A stretch of DNA of 64,000 bases from a virus (lineage: Duplodnaviria; Caudoviricetes): positions 1-64,000 of IMG/VR virus record IMGVR_UViG_3300020576_004226, one strand, 5' to 3'. Of the stretch, positions 57,716-64,000 are shown piece after piece (position 1 is the stretch's first letter; every line of letters starts with the position of its first letter). The translations under genes and the position numbers were made by a program. The notes under the pieces are model-generated. The model was not told the DNA's origin. It ran no database searches and worked only from the letters and a program-made list of their open reading frames with translations.

Positions 57716-58674
57716 GCGACACTAAAATCTACAAAGACTTTGACCTTTACAGCCGAGCGTTGATGGGCAGCAATGATGTCGACCCGACGTATCCGGTAAT
57801 CAAGTCAATCGTTGAGAAAGAGGGATTTGACCCTTATTGGTTTTCATTCGTGTATGTAGCGTTCTACAGCCTGGAGACGGCAATCAAAATGTGCCGGGAA
57901 ATGCCAACTCACGAGGCTTGGGACAGTAAGTTGTTTGCTCAAAAGCGGAGCAGCCGAGAGTGGAGCAAATTCGGTCACGAGCGCAGGGGAACTGCGAGGA
58001 ACATCTTGACCCAAATCAATAATTTCGAGCATATAAAGTTGTTCTTGGAATACTTCACAACTCCCACCGGAGAAATTGACCCGAGCCAATATCCAAAAGA
58101 ATGGGCAAAACTACACCAAGACCAAGCCTCATTCAGAGCAGCTCTTCAGACTTTACCGTTCCACGGCGGCTGGGCTTCTTTTAAGTTGGCTGAGATATGG
58201 GAGAAGGCTTTTGATTGGAGTCACTTTGAGATTCCAGACCTTGGAGTCATTGGCCGCGACCCGAATAGCAACGATGGTCCAGTTGGTGGCTTACGTTGGC
58301 TCTACGGAAGGGAGCACACCTACGATGACACTTGGTATGGCATATGGGATGATCTTGGCTCTAAGTTGGCGAGAGCGTGGCGAGTCGACATCGGGAGAGT
58401 TGAGACGTGCTTCTGCAAATTCCATAAGTTGGTAAGCGGCAAGTATTACATTGGTCATGACATACACGAGTTTCACGAGTTGGAGCCTGTATTGGGTCGG
58501 AGGGTTTACCGCTCCATAATGGAAGAACATTTTGACCCGGAAATTTGGCAAGACTTCCACGGTGTACAAAAACAATTCAAATCAGTTTACGCAACCAAAG
58601 GCAATTTGTTATTCAGCAACTTCGCTGACAAACACCCAGAGGCTGACGTACTACAAATTATGTTGGATCAATGA
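57712..58674 (+). CDS. Amino acid:DNA transferase (aGPT-Pplase clade 2)
   Basis: DVDPTY; YVAFYSL; ERRG; GGWASFKLAE; ETCFCKFHKLVSGKYYIGHDI. Confidence 0.85.
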   Translation: MSDTKIYKDFDLYSRALMGSNDVDPTYPVIKSIVEKEGFDPYWFSFVYVAFYSLETAIKMCREMPTHEAWDSKLFAQKRSSREWSKFGHERRGTARNILTQINNFEHIKLFLEYFTTPTGEIDPSQYPKEWAKLHQDQASFRAALQTLPFHGGWASFKLAEIWEKAFDWSHFEIPDLGVIGRDPNSNDGPVGGLRWLYGREHTYDDTWYGIWDDLGSKLARAWRVDIGRVETCFCKFHKLVSGKYYIGHDIHEFHELEPVLGRRVYRSIMEEHFDPEIWQDFHGVQKQFKSVYATKGNLLFSNFADKHPEADVLQIMLDQ

Positions 58675-59042
58675 AAAAGAAAGGAATGGAGGAGGACGTT
58701 GTGCGACTTCTCACTATCAATACTTCAACTGGCAAAGTTAGCAAACACATGCTGGTCGGCTCCAAGCGAGTTTTCATCGATTTGGAGCGTTGTCGCTGTC
58801 ACGTTCCTGGGGAGTCGAAATACCAATACAAGCATCTTGGTGTAGGTTGGAACGACTGCGAGTTGAACGTGGAAGACCCGAGCCTCGTCATTGTATTGCC
58901 TAATTGGCGGGTGCGCTTTGCCCAGAAAATTTGGGAGGGCGTGTTCTGCGACGACTTCGACAGCGGCAAGAATGATACGATATTGTTGAACATAAAAGAC
59001 TTGACCCGTTATGTGGGACAAGGCAAATGGAAGAAAATATGA
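58671..59042 (+). CDS. Hypothetical protein inside the modification operon
   Basis: ATGA overlaps at both ends. Confidence 0.6.
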   Translation: MKKKGMEEDVVRLLTINTSTGKVSKHMLVGSKRVFIDLERCRCHVPGESKYQYKHLGVGWNDCELNVEDPSLVIVLPNWRVRFAQKIWEGVFCDDFDSGKNDTILLNIKDLTRYVGQGKWKKI

Positions 59043-59674
59043 AGATTTTATGGTTGATAGGCTCTATGGCCTCTGGCAAAACCACGCAACACAAGTTGCT
59101 CATCGAGTTGCTCGGCGACGGTACGCTTGATGTCAATAATGGCTGCAAAGACCCGCTCCCTTTTTGCTTTTCAGTTTCTGGCGAGGTTGGTTCGCTTGGG
59201 CTTCTGAAAGAAGGAGTACAAACTTGTGGAATTGACCCGGTTTACGGCGACCTCAAAAAAGAAGGGCTTCGCCGCTCCATTGCGATGGCTCACGAGAAAG
59301 GCGCAGAGTTGATTATTATGGAGGGTGCACAAGCGTCTATGGAATGGTACAAGCAAGTCATTCTACCGCAATACTACGATGCGGAGCTGTACGTCGTCCA
59401 CCTGTCAATATCTTATGACCACAACTTGCAAAGACTCCGGCAACGGCGGTGGCTAAAAACTCACGACACATTGGAAGGCTTCACTGGCTCTGACCAGATG
59501 GTTTTGGAAGACCGGACGTATGACAATGTGCTCGGAAAGAACAAACAATACCGCAGCCTATTCCGGGCATTAACAAAGCAGTCTGAAAAGGACGGCTTCA
59601 AGACTCTGGAGATTGATGCGCTGCTTGATCGTTATCAAATTCTTGAACAAATTGCTGAATTCATATATGCCTAA
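59039..59674 (+). CDS. 5-hmdU DNA kinase-like P-loop kinase (copy 2)
   Basis: GSMASGKTT; SLG...TCGID; IIMEG; NLQRLRQRR; parallels copy 1. Confidence 0.72.
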   Translation: MKILWLIGSMASGKTTQHKLLIELLGDGTLDVNNGCKDPLPFCFSVSGEVGSLGLLKEGVQTCGIDPVYGDLKKEGLRRSIAMAHEKGAELIIMEGAQASMEWYKQVILPQYYDAELYVVHLSISYDHNLQRLRQRRWLKTHDTLEGFTGSDQMVLEDRTYDNVLGKNKQYRSLFRALTKQSEKDGFKTLEIDALLDRYQILEQIAEFIYA

Positions 59675-60365
59675 ATCACTCATTTTCTGCGACGACTCCC
59701 TGAAAGTATTGAAGCGTTTCCCGGCTCGCCACTTCGCTGTCAGCTGCTTCTCTCCACCCTATGGCGTCAATTCCTTCTTTGATATCAGAACCGACTTTGA
59801 CAGCCCAGAAAGCAAGTTCCTCACTTATTTTCAGGAGATCACTCGGGTGTGCGATATCACTGCAATCAATTTCACCCAGTTGCTTGAAGGTGACAAGCGC
59901 AATTCCCTCTTCATTGAGAAATTGATTATCAACGCGGCTTGCATGGGTGTCAACCTTTACGACCGTTGGGTAATTGAGAAGCCTTCGGTGAAGCCGAGGA
60001 GAGGCGAACGTCCTTTGAGCGGCTATGAGTTTGTGCTGCTGTTTTTGAACCCTAACATGACCGAGAAGGACGTTGTTTTGAACCAAGATGCTTACAACTT
60101 CCGTACAAACATAAAGGCTTCCGGACACGCAAACTACAAGAAGTCGGATGAATTCCGTTACACTGGAACCACCCCGTATTTCCCTGAGATTCCACGTCAG
60201 GTCATTTCCATATATGGCAGTGGTCGGGTGCTTGATCCATTTTCTGGCTCCGGTACGACGTTGGTTGAGGCTTTGAAGTTGGGGAAGGATTGCGTTGGGG
60301 TTGATATCATTCCGGAAATTGTTGAATTTTCAAGAAACAATTGCAGACAATATGAAAGTCACTGA
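59667..60365 (+). CDS. Beta-class amino-methyltransferase fold (N4C/N6A MTase-like)
   Basis: SPPY near the N-terminus; VLDPFSGSGTT SAM-binding motif near the C-terminus. Confidence 0.85.
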   Translation: MPKSLIFCDDSLKVLKRFPARHFAVSCFSPPYGVNSFFDIRTDFDSPESKFLTYFQEITRVCDITAINFTQLLEGDKRNSLFIEKLIINAACMGVNLYDRWVIEKPSVKPRRGERPLSGYEFVLLFLNPNMTEKDVVLNQDAYNFRTNIKASGHANYKKSDEFRYTGTTPYFPEIPRQVISIYGSGRVLDPFSGSGTTLVEALKLGKDCVGVDIIPEIVEFSRNNCRQYESH

Positions 60366-61416
60366 TATGCGCGACATAGTTGGCTACAATTTCGCCAACG
60401 GCATTGACCTGAGAAAGCCGCTCGAGTGGGTCGGTTCTCTTCCCAGCCCCGAGGTTGACGTGGATGAAGCGCACCTTGCCACGTTCTTTGAGATCATGAA
60501 AGAACGCCAAAAAATTTGGGTCAGGCGTTCGCTCCTTGACAAACCCGCTCCGTGGACTAAAAATCCCATTCTGCGCGACTACAAGTACACCAATGTGTAC
60601 AGGGAACTTGATCGAGCAAGCCAATTCATGATTAAGCACATCTTGACCCAAGATATGACGATTGAAGAAAAACTGTTCAAATTGCTCGTTTTCCGTTTCT
60701 ACAACCAACCCGATTCTTTCCGGCAGAACGGCGGCTTGATTGACCTTCCGAGTTATGAAAATTGGGACGTCAAAAAGATTTGGGCGCAAACAGTGGCACA
60801 GCGTCAAAAGTCCAACCCTTGGCACGTCGCTTACATGATGAACATGGCGTTCGCTCCGAAGTTGGAGAAGCCTTGGAGCAAGCCTGGACTGTACAAAGAC
60901 TGGGCATACACTCACATTGTATTCAATGCTATTCATAAGGTGATACCCGGCTTGGTTACTGTGCTCGATCAAGCCAAAAGACCGGAAGACATAATTGAAT
61001 GCCTGGAAACAATTCCTGCTGTCTCCACTTTCCAATCGCACGAATTTTACATTGACTTCACATATTTCAGCCGTTACTCGGAAGACGACGCCATAATGAG
61101 TTTTGACGCGAATGATTTTACAAATGTGGGTCCAGGGGCATCGCTCGGGTTGCGGTTGATATTCCCATCAATGCGTCCAGCCGACCAGAAAGCAGGGCTT
61201 TACTACCTACACGAATTGGCTGAGAATTACTTGGGGGAGGACTTTCCGTATCTCGTGTGGAATAAAGATCAAAAGAAATATTATGTTGTACACGAGTACG
61301 ACCGCAATCTGTTCACGCTTCACCAAATTGAAATGTTTTTGTGCGAATTTTCTAAGTACTGGAAAATGGTAATTGGTGCAGGAAAGCAGAGATCAAAATT
61401 CAAACCACATGTGTAA
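60352..61416 (+). CDS. aGPT-Pplase clade 1 protein (5-hmdU modification, helical domain)
   Basis: ERQKIW..R..PAPWTKNPILRDYKYTNVYRELDR; FRFYN; VGPGASLGL; IEMFLCEFSKY. Confidence 0.88.
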   Translation: MKVTDMRDIVGYNFANGIDLRKPLEWVGSLPSPEVDVDEAHLATFFEIMKERQKIWVRRSLLDKPAPWTKNPILRDYKYTNVYRELDRASQFMIKHILTQDMTIEEKLFKLLVFRFYNQPDSFRQNGGLIDLPSYENWDVKKIWAQTVAQRQKSNPWHVAYMMNMAFAPKLEKPWSKPGLYKDWAYTHIVFNAIHKVIPGLVTVLDQAKRPEDIIECLETIPAVSTFQSHEFYIDFTYFSRYSEDDAIMSFDANDFTNVGPGASLGLRLIFPSMRPADQKAGLYYLHELAENYLGEDFPYLVWNKDQKKYYVVHEYDRNLFTLHQIEMFLCEFSKYWKMVIGAGKQRSKFKPHV

Positions 61417-61423
61417 CAAAGGC

Positions 61424-61933
61424 ATGAGAATTCATTCTGAAGAATTCAAGCGAAAAATAAGAGAAAAACTCAATCCTCCTGGTAGAAGTTATTCGACAAC
61501 GAAAGGCTGTAAATTGACTTTGAGTGAATCCCAGAGGGAAGATTTGAGAAACAGAGCCAAGAAAAATAATGAGCGTGGTTTCGAGAATAAAGGTGGTCGT
61601 TGCCAATTTTATCAAGTCGATGGCATCGTTTTGCAAGGTCGCTACGAGTTGGTGTATTATCTTGGATGCAGTGAAAAACCCAAGCGAGCACCACGGATAA
61701 AAACTCCTTTCGGTTGGTATTCTCCTGATTTTGAGTTTGAAGATAGATTTGTAGAAATTAAATCAATTTACACAATCAAAACTTGCATTGCCAACGGACA
61801 GTACAAGAAAATTGCTTGGGTCAGAAAAAATATCAAAAACATTGAAATCAAGGTTCTCAATGAGGAAGATTCTCGGTTGTTCTTGTTGCAGCATGACATA
61901 TCGAAGTTGCGATACCGACCGTCAAAGAATTAG
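61424..61933 (+). mobile_element. Free-standing PD-(D/E)xK homing-endonuclease-like gene
   Basis: HSEEFKRKIRE NUMOD3-like motif; YSPDFEFEDRFVEIKS; AT-richer than the upstream gene. Confidence 0.6.
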
Positions 61934-61983
61934 TAAACAGGTATTTTAACTTCATTTGAACACGAACTAATTTTCCAATTTCA

Positions 61984-63480
61984 ATGGATACTTTACAAGA
62001 ACTCAAACGTCAAAGAGGAGTTATTGCACGCAATATCTTATCAACCATCCAGTTGCCTGCTTCAGATGGGCTTCCAGTATATCACGAATCAGATTTTGAA
62101 AAGGCCGTCTCAGATGGCTTGATCGAAGTTTTTGAGGTTGAGAAAGTTTCCCAATTTGTTCGCAATTTACAGAAAGCCGAGGTTGACGCCAACGGAGACA
62201 CCACGCTTCTTGAGGAAATTGAGAAGGCAAGAAGGGATGTTTCCAAACTTATCAAAGTAAAGAAGCAAGACAAGCGTGGAAAAATGACCACTGTATATGT
62301 CCGGGCTGGCGAAAAAGCGAAAGAAGGCGATTCTGGAAAAAAGTCTGAGGCCGCTTCTGGAGATGGCGGCGAAGCAAAAATAGGTAAAATATCTCGTTCG
62401 CATGCCGAGTCCAATCCAGATGATGCCATTCATACCTACTCAAAGGAAATTGCGCACCACTCCGGTATGTCGCACGATGAATACAATAAGTTGCATCCGG
62501 CTTCAAAGAAGGAATTGCTGAAAACCCTTCTCACTCATCCAGCGCACAATGCGGAAGGAAGTAAGACTGTTCCTGCAGATGACAAGAAGGAAGAGCCTGA
62601 TTACCACTCGCTCGGCAGGATTTTGTCTCATGACTTTGATCATACGAAAAAACACTTAGGTGACAAATATGTTTCAAAAGACGGCAAAAGAATTGATCAA
62701 CACGCCATATTGGCAGATCATCCAGGAGACAAATTAAAACAAGCAGCCGACAAATTGGATGATGCTAAGAAAGGCAAAAGCGATCACAAAGACCTCGGTA
62801 AAGTTCACCCGGTTGACTGGGATGGACCGAGCAAGGTGAAGGTTGTCGGCGCTGACGACAAGCAAGTACATGTGAAGCGAGTTGGAAAGGATGGCAAGGA
62901 AATGCAGGGAGATGAACACAGCATGTCATATTCGCACAAGGAATGGGATGAGGAAAAACAAACAGGAAAAGCACTTCACGGACAAGACCCAAAGGCTTTT
63001 GGAGATGATAACCCAGACGAATCTCATGGCCAAAAAGGTAAACGTCCAAAAGAATGGAAAAATCCTGATTACTATAAAAATTGGGATGTGGATGAGCTAA
63101 AGGGAGCTATAAAACATGGAGAAGATACAGCTGACTACGAGGAGGGAGATGAGATTCACCAAGAATTAGAAGCAATGAAAGTGGCTTTGAAATCAAAAGC
63201 AAAGCAAGAAAAATCTCATGTCCAATCTCTTTCAGAAGATTTATTTGAGAATTACATCAATCCTTCGATGAATTGGAAGAATGACATGAAGCAAATTTGG
63301 GAGAAAAACGGAAAGCCTTCAAAGATTGCAATGCACACAAAGTTGAATGAATTACTTTCAAATGAGTATGATTCCGCTTCAGAAGGTGGTTTTCCGTATG
63401 AAGGAACTAAAGAAGAATTCATCAATGCTGTACGTTCTGACATTTTGTCGGCAATTTTTGGAGAAACAAATAAAGGATAA
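61984..63480 (+). CDS. Highly charged protein, putative internal head protein
   Basis: DFEKA/NLQKA/EIEKA motifs; K/D/H-rich; directly upstream of the portal gene. Confidence 0.5.
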   Translation: MDTLQELKRQRGVIARNILSTIQLPASDGLPVYHESDFEKAVSDGLIEVFEVEKVSQFVRNLQKAEVDANGDTTLLEEIEKARRDVSKLIKVKKQDKRGKMTTVYVRAGEKAKEGDSGKKSEAASGDGGEAKIGKISRSHAESNPDDAIHTYSKEIAHHSGMSHDEYNKLHPASKKELLKTLLTHPAHNAEGSKTVPADDKKEEPDYHSLGRILSHDFDHTKKHLGDKYVSKDGKRIDQHAILADHPGDKLKQAADKLDDAKKGKSDHKDLGKVHPVDWDGPSKVKVVGADDKQVHVKRVGKDGKEMQGDEHSMSYSHKEWDEEKQTGKALHGQDPKAFGDDNPDESHGQKGKRPKEWKNPDYYKNWDVDELKGAIKHGEDTADYEEGDEIHQELEAMKVALKSKAKQEKSHVQSLSEDLFENYINPSMNWKNDMKQIWEKNGKPSKIAMHTKLNELLSNEYDSASEGGFPYEGTKEEFINAVRSDILSAIFGETNKG

Positions 63481-64000
63481 TGAGCGACACAAAACCTCAC
63501 AAATTAGACGCCATTTCTGGTGCTATAGCTAAATTGGAATTGCTCCGGCTGAAGACGCTGGAGCAAAGCCTTGTTTCTAATGATCCACATGAGATAATGA
63601 AGGCTGAAACTGTGCTCGCTTCTGTTCAGAATAGGGATGAAAGCGATCGCAAGAGCTATCAAATTGATCCAAACGATTTTTACAGTGCATTTGGATACAA
63701 GGAGCGCAGAACTGGGATGTCTTATGGATTGTTGCGTAATATGGCTAAAACGCCTATTATCAACGCCATTATTCGAACCCGTATCAACCAAGTCGCATCG
63801 TTCAGTGAACCACAGGAAGATAGGTATTCTTTGGGTTTTGTTATTGAGAAGAAGCCACTTCGTCATGATGACAAAGATTCATCAAAGAAATTGACGAAGC
63901 AAGAGATGAAGGAAATTGACTTTTTGACCGATTTCATCAATAATTGCGGAGTAAACAATTCATTTGAGGGAGACGATTTTGACACGTTCATAAGGAAAAT
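63480..64000 (+). CDS. Portal protein (5' part; runs off the window)
   Basis: My translation gives MSDTKPHK...PIINAIIRTRINQVASF...GFVIEKK...FINNCG...DDFDTFIRK, resembling Herelleviridae-type portal N-termini; frame open to 64000. Confidence 0.8.
   Translation, partial: MSDTKPHKLDAISGAIAKLELLRLKTLEQSLVSNDPHEIMKAETVLASVQNRDESDRKSYQIDPNDFYSAFGYKERRTGMSYGLLRNMAKTPIINAIIRTRINQVASFSEPQEDRYSLGFVIEKKPLRHDDKDSSKKLTKQEMKEIDFLTDFINNCGVNNSFEGDDFDTFIRK

Noticed and set aside
54988-61416. 7-deazaguanine or glycosylated-hmC modification cluster
   Set aside because: No DpdA, FolE, QueC/D/E or glycosyltransferase motifs.
59667-61933. Type II restriction-modification pair (MTase plus the PD-(D/E)xK gene)
   Set aside because: The genes are separated by the clade-1 transferase, and the nuclease has a NUMOD3-like motif and different composition, typical of homing endonucleases.
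73-63866. Many minus-strand and alternate-frame ORFs in the track (e.g. 7470-8396, 15659-16495, 22222-23100, 60307-61041)
   Set aside because: They shadow well-supported + strand genes and have no recognisable motifs; treated as antisense artefacts.
1-64000. CRISPR array, tRNA or rRNA genes
   Set aside because: No regularly spaced direct repeats and no cloverleaf with a T-loop GTTCRA pattern were seen; short tRNAs could be missed by eye.
1-64000. Stop-codon reassignment
   Set aside because: Long conserved genes are intact under code 11, and TAA, TGA and TAG all end coupled ORFs.
1-64000. Prophage or bacterial chromosome origin
   Set aside because: No integrase, repressor or host housekeeping genes; the content and single-strand organisation fit a large lytic phage.

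Overview
A 64-kb segment of a large lytic dsDNA tailed bacteriophage. Every credible gene is on the + strand. The host is probably a member of Bacteroidota: two near-identical promoters fit the TTTG-N20-TAnnTTyG pattern, starts lack Shine-Dalgarno motifs, and one gene carries a choice-of-anchor-D-like Ig domain. Layout: (1) 1-12.5 kb, replication/recombination operon (DnaE, HD hydrolase, dNMP kinase, SSB, RecA, SbcD/SbcC, RuvC-like resolvase, sigma-like factor); (2) 13.8-39.2 kb, accessory region opened by twin host-type promoters, with many small ORFs, an ATPase, DenV-like glycosylase, UvrD helicase, RNase H, exported transglycosylase, GIY-YIG endonuclease, TOPRIM protein, exported SNase and a possible TerS; (3) 39.3-41.9 kb, class II RNR and dUTPase; (4) 42-49 kb, tail-fibre-like genes and a holin; (5) 49.6-54.9 kb, DnaQ-like exonuclease, TerL and putative virion proteins; (6) 55.0-61.4 kb, a thymidine (5-hmdU) hypermodification cluster; (7) 61.4-64 kb, endonuclease, putative head protein and the 5' part of the portal gene. 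The cluster in (6) is the main finding. It combines two 5-hmdU DNA kinase-like P-loop proteins, two clades of aGPT-Pplase-family enzymes, a flavoenzyme, a GNAT and a methyltransferase-fold protein, and lies between TerL and portal. All family calls come from motifs read by eye; no database search was run.
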